From Burkholderiales bacterium (GTDB taxonomy: Bacteria; Pseudomonadota; Gammaproteobacteria; Burkholderiales; Casimicrobiaceae), in the NCBI GenBank assembly GCA_046347715.1, contig JAXMFO010000011.1:56364-120363 (forward strand): a DNA stretch of 64,000 bases, in the 5' to 3' direction. Position numbers and translations under genes: made by a program. This document shows positions 28,319-37,405 of the stretch, piece after piece. The notes below the pieces were generated by a model. That model saw only the letters and a list, made by a program, of their open reading frames with translations, had not been told where the DNA came from and made no database searches. How positions within the stretch are numbered: position 1 is the stretch's first letter; each line of letters begins with the position of its first letter.

Positions 28319-29272
28319 TCACGCCGGCGCGAGCACCCGGCCGCGCAGCGCCCCCGCCGCGATCTGCTGCGCGGCGAGCCGTCGGATCTCGGTCGCGAGT
28401 TCGCGCACGCCGAGCGAGGGCCGGGTGCCCTCGCGGGTGGCCATCGAGAGCGTCCAGTAGATGCGCGGCGGACCGATGCGGATCTCGCGGATGTGTCCGC
28501 GGGCGACGTCCTCGGTCGCGCCGGTGAGCGCCATGAACGTGTAGCCGACGCCCGCCTTGACGAGTTCGCGGGCCAGCACCACGCCGTCGCACTCCATCGC
28601 GATGGTCAGCGGGCGGTTGGCCTCCTCCGCGGCGCGCTCGGCGAGCATCCGCAGCCCGTGGGGTGGCGCGGGCAGGATCAGGGGAAAGCGCACGAGGTCG
28701 CGGAAGCGGACCTGCTTCAGCGCTCGCGGTCCCGGCTCGCAACCGGGCAGCGGCCGCGCCGGCGCGACGAGGGACATCTCCAGCGCCAGCAGCGGATCGA
28801 GCACGAGGCCGCTCGCCCGCGGCTTGCCCCAGATGAGGCCGGCCTCGATGCGCTCCTGCACCAGCCACTCCTCGACGAACCGCGAGTATCCCTCGTACAG
28901 GTGGAGCTTCAGGTTCGGGAACTTGCGCACGAAGCCGTGGATCAGCGGCGGCATGATCATGTGCCCGATGATCATCGACACGCCGAGCGACAGCGGGCCC
29001 GACGGCACCTCGGCACCCGCGCGCACTTCCGCGAACGTGCTGGTGAACGCCTGGTTGAGCGCCGTCGCGCGCGCGAGGAGGATGCGCCCGGCCTCCGTCG
29101 GCGCCACGCTGCGGCCGTCGCGCCAGAGCAGCGGCACGCCGATGTCGCGCTCGAGCTTGCGCACGAGGCGGCTGACCGCCGGTTGCGTCAGGCGCAACGA
29201 ACGCGCGGCTCCCGAGAAGCTGCCGGTGCGGGCGACCTCGACGAAGTAGTTGATCGCCTTCAGGTCGGACAT
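28319..29272 (-). CDS. LysR family transcriptional regulator
   Basis: DLKAINYFVEVARTGSFSGAARSLRLTQPAVSRLVRKLE HTH; divergent from the hydantoinase operon. Confidence 0.93.
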   Translation of the reverse strand: MSDLKAINYFVEVARTGSFSGAARSLRLTQPAVSRLVRKLERDIGVPLLWRDGRSVAPTEAGRILLARATALNQAFTSTFAEVRAGAEVPSGPLSLGVSMIIGHMIMPPLIHGFVRKFPNLKLHLYEGYSRFVEEWLVQERIEAGLIWGKPRASGLVLDPLLALEMSLVAPARPLPGCEPGPRALKQVRFRDLVRFPLILPAPPHGLRMLAERAAEEANRPLTIAMECDGVVLARELVKAGVGYTFMALTGATEDVARGHIREIRIGPPRIYWTLSMATREGTRPSLGVRELATEIRRLAAQQIAAGALRGRVLAPA

Positions 29273-29414
29273 CGCGGCTCCCTCGTACTTTCCGGCATGG
29301 ATGGCATTACCCATTATGCACTTGTGTCTGATCGTCGGCTGCCCTACGATGGGCCGCAGAAGGGCAGCGCGACCGCATGCGGCGCGCATGCCCGCCGCAG
29401 GAGGAGCGCAGCAC

Positions 29415-31481
29415 TTGTTGATCATCGCCATCGACACGGGCGGCACGTTCACGGACCTCGCCGCCTACGACGTGGACACCGGCCACGTCGTCTACTCGAA
29501 GAGCCTGACCACCTACGGCGACCTCGCCGACGGCGCGTTCGACTGCATGACCACCGCCGGCGTGGACCTCGCACGCGCCAAGCTCTTCAAGCACGGCACG
29601 ACCATCGTGATCAATACGCTGCTGCAGCGCGTCGGTGCGAAGGCCGCGCTGGTCGCCACCGAAGGCTTCCGCGACATCCTCGAGATGGCGCGCGGCAGCC
29701 GGCCCGATCCGTTCGACCTCTACTACCGCCGCCATCCGGTGCTGATCCCGCGCGACCTGCGCTACGAGGTGCCGGAACGCACGTCGGGCAAGGGCGAGCC
29801 CGAGCGCGTGCCCGCGCGCGCCGACGTCGCGGTGCTCGCGGACACGCTGCGCCGCGAGAACGTCGAGGCGGTGGCCGTGTCGTTCCTCAATTCGTACGTG
29901 GCGCCGGCGCACGAGCGGCAGGTCGCGCAGTGGCTGGCCGAATTGCTGCCGGGCGTATTCGTCACCCACGGCAGCGAACTCTCCCGCGAGTGGTACGAGT
30001 ACGAGCGCACGGCGACGGTCGCGGCGAACGCCTACGTCGGGCCGCAGGTGTCGGGTTACCTCCACCGCATGGACGCGCGCGTCAAGCGCGGCGGCTTCGG
30101 CGGCAAGTTCTTCCTGATGGGCAGCAACGGCGGCGTGCTGGGCGTGGAGCACGTGCTGCAGGCGCCGATCGCGCTCGTCGAGTCGGGGCCCGTCGGCGGC
30201 AGCATCGGCGCCGCCGCCTACGCGGACCGCCTCGGCATCCGCAACGCGATCGCGTTCGACATGGGCGGCACCACCGCCAAGTGCGCGCTGGTGCAGGACG
30301 GCCGCTTCGACGTGAAGTCGGTGTACTACGTCGGCGGCTACACGCGCGGCTTCCCGATCCGCGGCGCGGTGATCGACATCGTCGAGGTCGGCGCGGGCGG
30401 CGGCTCGATCGCGTGGCTCGACGCGCAGAAGCGGCTCTACGTCGGTCCGCGCTCGGCCGGCTCGACGCCCGGACCGGTCGCGTACGGCCGCGGCGGCACC
30501 GAGCCGACCGTCACCGATGCCAACCTCGTCCTCGGCCGCATCGACCCGGGCGGGTTCCTGAACGGCGCCATGCAACTCGACACCGCGGCGGCGGCGCGCG
30601 CGCTGCGCGAGCGGCTGTGCGAGCCGCTGGGCTACACCGGGCCGGACGGCGTGCAGCGGATGGCCGAGGGCATCATCGCCATCGCGTCCGTGACCATGGC
30701 CGGCGCGATCAAGCGCATCACGCTGGAAAAGGGGCTCGACCCGCGCGAGTACACGCTGTTCGCGTTCGGCGGCGGCGGACCGCTGCACGCGTTCCAGATC
30801 GCGCGCGAGCTGCACATCCCGCGCGTGATCATCCCGCCGGAGCCGGGCAACTTCTCCGCGCTCGGCATGCTGCTCGCGAAGCTGCGCCTCGACGAGTCGA
30901 CGACGTTCGTGCGGCCGCTCGACGCGGCGACGGTCGCGGAGGCGGCGGGCGTGTTCGCCGCGATGCGCGTGCGGATGACCGCGGCGCTGCGCGCCGACGT
31001 GCCCGACGCGGAGATCGCGTTCGAGCAGGGCGCGGAGATGCGCTACCGCGGCCAGGTGCACTCGGTGCGCGTGCCGCTCGACGCCGAGGCGACGCCGGCG
31101 GAGATCCGCGCGCGCTTCGAGAAGGTGTACCGCGCGCGCTACGGTCACGCCGACGCCAAGAACCCGGTGGAGATCGTGAGCCTGACCCTCGCGGGCTACG
31201 GGTCGATGGACCGGCCCGCGCTGGAGGCGCTGGCCGCCAATCGCAAGGCGACGGGCGCGCCGGCGGTGCGGCACCGCCCGGTGTGGTTCGCGGCGGCCGG
31301 CGGCATGGTGGACACGCCGCTGTATGCGCGCGCCGAACTGCCCACGGGCTTCGCGGGCACCGGCCCCGCGCTGATCGAGGAGTACGGCTCGACGACCGTC
31401 ATCGGCCCGGGCGACCGCTTCCGCGTCGGCGAGCTGGGCGAGATCGACATCACGCTGGCGCCGGCCACGGGAGGGCCGTGA
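29415..31481 (+). CDS. Hydantoinase/oxoprolinase subunit A
   Basis: IDTGGTFTD, HGTT, ESGPVGG, DMGGTT, GAGGGSIA, FGGGGPLHA; probable TTG start after the AGGAGG RBS. Confidence 0.92.
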   Translation: MLIIAIDTGGTFTDLAAYDVDTGHVVYSKSLTTYGDLADGAFDCMTTAGVDLARAKLFKHGTTIVINTLLQRVGAKAALVATEGFRDILEMARGSRPDPFDLYYRRHPVLIPRDLRYEVPERTSGKGEPERVPARADVAVLADTLRRENVEAVAVSFLNSYVAPAHERQVAQWLAELLPGVFVTHGSELSREWYEYERTATVAANAYVGPQVSGYLHRMDARVKRGGFGGKFFLMGSNGGVLGVEHVLQAPIALVESGPVGGSIGAAAYADRLGIRNAIAFDMGGTTAKCALVQDGRFDVKSVYYVGGYTRGFPIRGAVIDIVEVGAGGGSIAWLDAQKRLYVGPRSAGSTPGPVAYGRGGTEPTVTDANLVLGRIDPGGFLNGAMQLDTAAAARALRERLCEPLGYTGPDGVQRMAEGIIAIASVTMAGAIKRITLEKGLDPREYTLFAFGGGGPLHAFQIARELHIPRVIIPPEPGNFSALGMLLAKLRLDESTTFVRPLDAATVAEAAGVFAAMRVRMTAALRADVPDAEIAFEQGAEMRYRGQVHSVRVPLDAEATPAEIRARFEKVYRARYGHADAKNPVEIVSLTLAGYGSMDRPALEALAANRKATGAPAVRHRPVWFAAAGGMVDTPLYARAELPTGFAGTGPALIEEYGSTTVIGPGDRFRVGELGEIDITLAPATGGP

Positions 31482-33280
31482 GCATGGACACGCCGACCCT
31501 TGCGCGGACTGCGGCGGCGCCCGGCCCGGCACCGGCCGTGGACCCGATCACGCTGGAGATCATCCGCCAGCTCCTGCAGGCGATCCCCGACGAGGTCGAG
31601 ACCGACCTCACCCGCACGGCGTTCAGCCCGCTCATCTACGAATACAAGGACTACGCGGTCGGCATCGTCGACGCTCAGGGCCGGCTCATCGTGCAGTCGC
31701 GCGGCGGCATCCCGATCTTCCTCGCCAACGTGCTCGGCATCGCGGTGCAGGACGGGCTCGCGATTTACGGCGCGGCGAACATCCACCGCGGCGACGTGCT
31801 GATCAGCAACCACGCGGGCACGCTCGGCCAGCACCTGAACAACGTCACGATGTACGCGCCGGTGTTCGACCCGGCGGACGACGCCCGCATCGTCGCGTTC
31901 ATGTGCGTGCTCGCGCACTGGACCGACGTCGGCGGCCGCTACGTCGGCTCGTCGGCGTCGAACGACACGACCGAGATCTTCCAGGAGGGCATCCAGTTCC
32001 GCACGGTCAAGCTGCGCAGCCGCGGCGAGCCGGTGCCCGAGATGTACCGGATGATCGAATACAACACGCGCTTCCCCGAGATGGTGCTGGGCGACATCGA
32101 GGCCCAGTTCGCGGGCTGCGTGAAGGGTGCGGGGCTGTTCGCCGACATCGCGCGCAAGTTCGGCGCCGACACCACGCTCGCGGCCATCGGCGTGATGTGG
32201 CGGCAGTCGGAGGCGGTGGCGCGCGCGGCGGTGCGCGCGATCCCCGACGGCGTCTATCGTGCCGAGTCGTTCCTCGACAACGACGGCGTGGACCTGGGGC
32301 GCACGATACCGTGCCCGATCACCGTGCGCATCGAGGGCGAGCGGTTCATCGTCGACATGTCGGAGATCGCCGACGAGGTGCGCGGTCCGTTCAACTCCGG
32401 CCGCGAGGGCGGCGGCGTGACGGCGGCGCGCATCGCGTTCAAGTACCTGACGAGCCCGAACGAGTTCACGAACGAGGGCAGCTTCGCGCCGCTGGAGGTC
32501 GTGCTGCCGGACGGGAAGTTCCTGAGCGCCGGGCCGAATGCCGCGATGGCCCGCTACAGCACGCCGCTCGCGAGCGTGATCGACACCATCATCCGCGCGA
32601 TGGCGGACGCCTTGCCCGACCGCGTGGCGGCGGGCCACCATGCGTCGATGGGCTCGCACCGCGTGCAGGGACGCCATCCCGAGACGGGCCGGCTCTTCAC
32701 GCACCTCGATACCGCGCACGGCGGCTGGGGCGGCTCGCTCGGGCGCGACGGCTCCGGCCCGTTCAAGACGCTCGCGCACGGCGACACGCTCGACGTGCCG
32801 GTCGAGGCGCAGGAGGCCCTCTACGACCTGCGTGTCGACTATTTCGGCTTCCGCGCGGATTCGGCCGGCGCGGGCCAGTACCGCGGCGGTTCGGGCCTCG
32901 ACAAGGCGTACACGATCCGCCATCCGGTCAAGCTCACCCTCACGTTCGAGCGGCACGGCTGCCCGCCGTGGGGCCTGCTGGGCGGCCGCGACGGACAGGC
33001 GGGCTATGTGGAGATCGAGCGTCAGGGCGAGCTGCGGAAGAAATTCCTCAAGGCCACGGACATCCCGCTGGCCCCCGGTGACCGCGTGTACGTGCACACG
33101 GGCGGCGGCGGCGGCTACGGCGATCCGGTCGCACGCGATCCGCAGGCGGTCGCGCGCGACGTGCGGCAGGGCTTCGTCACGCGGGCGGCGGCGAGGCACG
33201 AATACGGGGTCGTCGTGACCGACGACGGACAGGTGGACGAGGCGGCCACGGCGGCCGCGCGCGCGAAGGGACGGGCATGA
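31478..33280 (+). CDS. Hydantoinase B/oxoprolinase subunit
   Basis: DPITLEII, RTAFSPLI, HLNN, HWTDVGG, EIFQEG, DSAGAGQYRGG, GGGGYGDP; GTG at 31478 or ATG at 31484. Confidence 0.92.
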   Translation: MSMDTPTLARTAAAPGPAPAVDPITLEIIRQLLQAIPDEVETDLTRTAFSPLIYEYKDYAVGIVDAQGRLIVQSRGGIPIFLANVLGIAVQDGLAIYGAANIHRGDVLISNHAGTLGQHLNNVTMYAPVFDPADDARIVAFMCVLAHWTDVGGRYVGSSASNDTTEIFQEGIQFRTVKLRSRGEPVPEMYRMIEYNTRFPEMVLGDIEAQFAGCVKGAGLFADIARKFGADTTLAAIGVMWRQSEAVARAAVRAIPDGVYRAESFLDNDGVDLGRTIPCPITVRIEGERFIVDMSEIADEVRGPFNSGREGGGVTAARIAFKYLTSPNEFTNEGSFAPLEVVLPDGKFLSAGPNAAMARYSTPLASVIDTIIRAMADALPDRVAAGHHASMGSHRVQGRHPETGRLFTHLDTAHGGWGGSLGRDGSGPFKTLAHGDTLDVPVEAQEALYDLRVDYFGFRADSAGAGQYRGGSGLDKAYTIRHPVKLTLTFERHGCPPWGLLGGRDGQAGYVEIERQGELRKKFLKATDIPLAPGDRVYVHTGGGGGYGDPVARDPQAVARDVRQGFVTRAAARHEYGVVVTDDGQVDEAATAAARAKGRA

Positions 33281-34206
33281 AGATCGGCAGGATGCAGGGC
33301 AACGGCGGCGAGCGCCTCGGCGTCGTCGTGGGCCAGGGCGCGGACGACCGCGTGCTCGACCTCACCGCGGCGGCGAAGGCGACGGGCGCGGTACTGCCCG
33401 CGACGATGCAGGCGCTGATCGAGGGCGGCGCGCCGGCGCTCGCCCTCGCGTACGAGGTGTGCGACTGGGCGCTGGCGAGCGGTGACGCCGCGTGGGTGAC
33501 GCCGGAGGCGCAGGTGGCGTGGATGACGCCGGTGACGCCGCGCACGATGATCTGCGCCGGCCGCAACTTCGGCCGCCACAAGGACGAGAGCCTGGGCTTC
33601 TGGACCAAGCAGGGCACGTCCGGCATCCACTTCGAGTTCCCGTGCGGCTTCATCCAGTTGCCGCACACGCTGGTGCCGCACCGCGCGACGGTTGCGCGGC
33701 CCGAGGACGTGACCGAGTTCGACTACGAGGTGGAGGTGGCCGCGGTCATCGGCAAGCCCGCGCTGCGGGTGAGCGAGGCGGACGCGCTGGCCCACGTCTT
33801 CGGCTACACCATCTTCAACGACCTGTCCGCGCGCGAGTGGCAGAAGAAGGAGATGCGCAACCAGATGATCATGCTCGGGAAGAACTTCCCGGGCTTCGGC
33901 CCCGTCGGCCCGTGGATCCTCACCGCCGACGAGGTGCCCGACCCGTCGCAGCTCGTCGTCGACCTCAAGGTGAACGGCCGCACGCTGCAGCACGAGCGGT
34001 GCACCGACATGATCTTCGGCTTCCCGCAGCTCGTCGCGTTCTGGTCGAAGGTGGGCTTGGCACCCGGCGACATGATCGCGTCGGGCACGCCGGAAGGCGT
34101 GGCGCTGCACCGCAAGCCCGATCCGTTCGAGTTCTACCTCAAGCCCGGCGACGTCGTGCAGGCGGGCGTGGACGCCATCGGCGTGCTGGAAACGCGGATC
34201 GCGTGA
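33277..34206 (+). CDS. Fumarylacetoacetate hydrolase family protein
   Basis: CAGRNF, DYEVEVAAVIGK, GYTIFNDLSAR, GKNF, SGTPEGV. Confidence 0.92.
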   Translation: MKIGRMQGNGGERLGVVVGQGADDRVLDLTAAAKATGAVLPATMQALIEGGAPALALAYEVCDWALASGDAAWVTPEAQVAWMTPVTPRTMICAGRNFGRHKDESLGFWTKQGTSGIHFEFPCGFIQLPHTLVPHRATVARPEDVTEFDYEVEVAAVIGKPALRVSEADALAHVFGYTIFNDLSAREWQKKEMRNQMIMLGKNFPGFGPVGPWILTADEVPDPSQLVVDLKVNGRTLQHERCTDMIFGFPQLVAFWSKVGLAPGDMIASGTPEGVALHRKPDPFEFYLKPGDVVQAGVDAIGVLETRIA

Positions 34207-34208
34207 CG

Positions 34209-35042
34209 ATGGCCGCGCGCCCGGTGCCGGCGCCGCCGCCGTCCCCCGGGGCGGCGGGTGCCGCCGCGCCCGTGCTGCTGTCGGTGCGCGACCTGGTCAA
34301 GCGCTACGTCACGAAGGCGGGCGACGAGGTCCTGGCGCTGACCGACATCGCCGTCGACCTCGCGGACGGCGAGTTCGTGAGCGTGCTCGGACCCTCGGGC
34401 TGCGGCAAGACCACGCTGCTCAAGATCCTCGCCGGCATCGTGCCGTACACGAGCGGCGCGGTGCTGTTCCGCGGCGAGCCGATCACGGGACCGCAGGCGG
34501 GCATGGGCGTCGTGTTCCAGGCGCCGGTGCTGCTGCCGTGGCTCACCGTGCTGCAGAACGTGCTGCTGCCGGTGAAGGTGCTGGGTCTCGACGTCGGGCA
34601 GCACACGGAAGCGGCCCACGCGCTGCTGAACCTGGTCGGCCTCGACGGCTTTTCGAACAAGTATCCGAACGAGCTGTCGGGCGGCATGCAGCAGCGGGTC
34701 GCGATCGTGCGCGGGCTGATCCACGATCCGCGGCTCCTGTTGATGGACGAGCCGTTCGGCGCGCTCGACGCGCTCACCCGCGAGCGGATGAACGTCGAGC
34801 TGCAGCGCATCTGGCTCGCGCGGCGGAAGACCGTGTTCTTCATCACGCACAGCGTCGGCGAGGCCGTGTTCCTGTCCGACCGGGTGCTGGTGATGTCCGC
34901 GCGTCCCGGGCGCATCGTCGAGGACCTCGCGGTGCCGTTCCCGCGGCCGCGCGACCTCGACCTCATGAGCACGTCGGAGTTCGGCGCGCTGACCCGGCAC
35001 CTGCGCCACATGCTGGGCAGCCAGGAGGTGATGCATGACTGA
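34209..35042 (+). CDS. ABC transporter ATP-binding protein (NitT/TauT type)
   Basis: GPSGCGKTT, LSGGMQQR, LLMDEPFGALD. Confidence 0.94.
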   Translation: MAARPVPAPPPSPGAAGAAAPVLLSVRDLVKRYVTKAGDEVLALTDIAVDLADGEFVSVLGPSGCGKTTLLKILAGIVPYTSGAVLFRGEPITGPQAGMGVVFQAPVLLPWLTVLQNVLLPVKVLGLDVGQHTEAAHALLNLVGLDGFSNKYPNELSGGMQQRVAIVRGLIHDPRLLLMDEPFGALDALTRERMNVELQRIWLARRKTVFFITHSVGEAVFLSDRVLVMSARPGRIVEDLAVPFPRPRDLDLMSTSEFGALTRHLRHMLGSQEVMHD

Positions 35043-35057
35043 CCGGACATTGTTGCG

Positions 35058-35858
35058 ATGAAGCCCGCCCGTTCCCTCTCCGCCGTGTGGCCGGTCGTCG
35101 CGAGCCTCGCCGCCGGCGCGCTGCTGTGGCAGTGCGCCGTGTCGTTCTCGGACATCCCGAGCTACGTGCTGCCGTCGCCCAAGGCGGTGTGGATCGCGCT
35201 GTCCGACGGCCTGTCGCAGAGCCCGGCCGTCCGCTCGAGCTTCTGGTTCCACCTGATCGACACGCTGAAGGCGACCCTCTACGGGTTCCTGGTCGGCTCG
35301 GTGCTGGGCCTCGTCACCGCGGCGCTGATGGCGGAGTCGCGCATCGTCGAGCAGGCGACGCTGCCGTACGTCGTGGGGCTGCAGAGCCTGCCCAAGGTGG
35401 CGATCGCGCCGCTGCTCGTGATCTGGCTGGGCTACGGCATCGAATCAAAGGTCGCGATGGCCGCGGTGCTCACACTCTTCCCGGTGCTCGTCAACTCGCT
35501 GCAGGGCTTCCGCTCCGTCGCGCGCGAGCGGCTGGAACTCATGGCGGCGCTCAAGGCGTCGCGCTGGCAGGTCTTCCGGTACGTGAAGCTGCCGAGCGCG
35601 CTGCCGATGATCTTCGCCGGCCTGCACATCGGCATCGTGTACGCGATGCTCGGGACCATCGTGTCCGAGTTCACCGGCGCGCAGCGCGGCATGGGCGTCA
35701 TCATGACCCAGCTGCAGACGGTGTCGGACACCGCCGGCGTGTTCGCCGCGCTGGTGGTGCTGGGCTGCACGGGGTACGTGCTGATCTCGCTGATGCGCGC
35801 GCTGCAGAAGCGCGTCGTGTTCTGGGCGGAGGGCAGCATGCCGGGAACGGGCACCTGA
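35058..35858 (+). CDS. ABC transporter permease (NitT/TauT type)
   Basis: LPSP, PKVAIAPLLVIWLGYG, LPSALPMIFAGL, SEF..A..GMG. Confidence 0.92.
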   Translation: MKPARSLSAVWPVVASLAAGALLWQCAVSFSDIPSYVLPSPKAVWIALSDGLSQSPAVRSSFWFHLIDTLKATLYGFLVGSVLGLVTAALMAESRIVEQATLPYVVGLQSLPKVAIAPLLVIWLGYGIESKVAMAAVLTLFPVLVNSLQGFRSVARERLELMAALKASRWQVFRYVKLPSALPMIFAGLHIGIVYAMLGTIVSEFTGAQRGMGVIMTQLQTVSDTAGVFAALVVLGCTGYVLISLMRALQKRVVFWAEGSMPGTGT

Positions 35859-35953
35859 TCGGGGTTTCACCGGCCGTGGCGCGCGGCGCACCGGGAGAGG
35901 GCGGTGCGGTGCCAGGGAGGGCGCGGCGGCCGTCACGCGGAGGAGACGGGAAG

Positions 35954-37045
35954 ATGAGCATGCAACGATGGTTGGCGAAGGCCGCGCAGGCAGTCGTGCT
36001 GGCGGCGGTCGCGGCGGCCAGCACGGTCGCGGGCGCGCAGGCGCTGGAGAAGGTCAGGTTCGGCTTCGCGCAGAACGCGATGTCGCCGATCCTGATCAAC
36101 TTCGTGGTGCCCGCGTACCTGGGCTACTTCAAGGAGGAGGGGCTCGATCCGGAGTTCGTCACGCTCGGCACGAACGCCGCGGTGATGGCGAGCCTCGACC
36201 AGAAGCGCATCGAGTTCGGCGTGGGCGTGCCGTCGTACCAGCTGCCGCTCGCGGCGAAGGGCGAGAAGCTGCCGGGGATCAACTTCTACGAGTACACGTA
36301 CCCGTTCAAGTGGGCGGTGGCCGTGAAGCCCGACAGCCCGATCAAGTCGCTCGCGGACCTCAAAGGCAAGACCGTCGGCGTGTCGAGCCTCGGCGTCACC
36401 GATTTTCCGGTGGGCAAGGCGCTGATGCGGCTTGCCAACGTCGACCCCGAGAAGGACGTGCAGTGGCTCGCGGTGGGCGAGGGCGTGACCGCCGGCCAGG
36501 CGATCCAGCGGGGCAGCGTGGACGCGCTCGTCTACTTCGACACGGGCTTCGGCCAGATCGAGGCGGCCGGCATGAAGCTGCGCTACCTGCCGCTGCCCGC
36601 GAACCTGCCCAAGGTGGGCGGGCTCTACGTGTCGGCGTCGAAGGAGACGCTCGAGAAGAAGCGCAAGCAGGCGGTCGGCTTCGCGCGGGCGATCGCGAAG
36701 GGCAGCCTCTTCATCCAGGAGAACCCGGAGGCGGCGGCCTATGCTTTCATCCAGATGTACCCGGAGGCCGCGCCGCGCGGGGCCGCGCTCGCGGACCAGA
36801 TCAAGTCGGTCAGCGTGCCCGTCACCAAGCGGATGCCGCTCTTCACCCACTACGACAAGTCGATCACCGACTGGGGCCGCATCTCGGCGGCGGAGTGGGG
36901 CGACGAGATCGAGTTCCTGGGCCTCAAGGACAAGATCAAGGACCCGACGGTCTACTTCACCAACGACCTCATCCCGGAGATCAACAACTTCGACCGGCAG
37001 AAAGTGATCAGGCAGGCGAAGGAGTTCAAGATCCCGGCGAAGTAG
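35954..37045 (+). CDS. ABC transporter substrate-binding protein (NMT1/THI5-like)
   Basis: Signal peptide ending AQA; GYFKEEGL, IKSLADLKGKTVGVSS; GGAG RBS. Confidence 0.9.
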   Translation: MSMQRWLAKAAQAVVLAAVAAASTVAGAQALEKVRFGFAQNAMSPILINFVVPAYLGYFKEEGLDPEFVTLGTNAAVMASLDQKRIEFGVGVPSYQLPLAAKGEKLPGINFYEYTYPFKWAVAVKPDSPIKSLADLKGKTVGVSSLGVTDFPVGKALMRLANVDPEKDVQWLAVGEGVTAGQAIQRGSVDALVYFDTGFGQIEAAGMKLRYLPLPANLPKVGGLYVSASKETLEKKRKQAVGFARAIAKGSLFIQENPEAAAYAFIQMYPEAAPRGAALADQIKSVSVPVTKRMPLFTHYDKSITDWGRISAAEWGDEIEFLGLKDKIKDPTVYFTNDLIPEINNFDRQKVIRQAKEFKIPAK

Positions 37046-37106
37046 CCGACGTCGGCCAAGGCCGCATCGCGCGCCGCGTCCGGAACCGGTGCGACCGCGG
37101 CCGTCG

Positions 37107-37397
37107 TCAGGCCGTCGGTCCGGGCTTGCGCGGGACCGGCGGCAGGTAGTGCAGCGGCGCGGTGGCGTCCGCCGGCTTGGCCGGCGCGCAGGTGCCGCAG
37201 CTGTCGCAACTGCCGCAGGCCCCGGTCGCGAGCTTGCGCGCGAGTGTGGCGGCCTCGTCTTCGGACAGGTGCGCGTGCCGCTGGGCGCGCGCGGCCAGCG
37301 CAGCGGCCAGACGCACCCGCCACGTCCGCGGCATGAGCCGCCACGCCGCGAACGACGCGGCGGCGAGCACGATGACGGTGACGGCGAAGGTCTGCAC
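37107..37397 (-). CDS. Small FeoB-associated Cys-rich membrane protein (DUF6587-like)
   Basis: GTG start; N-terminal TM helix (FAVTVIVLAAASFAAW) and GACGSCDSCGTC; directly downstream of feoB. Confidence 0.75.
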   Translation of the reverse strand: MQTFAVTVIVLAAASFAAWRLMPRTWRVRLAAALAARAQRHAHLSEDEAATLARKLATGACGSCDSCGTCAPAKPADATAPLHYLPPVPRKPGPTA

Positions 37398-37405
37398 GCC
37401 GGCGC

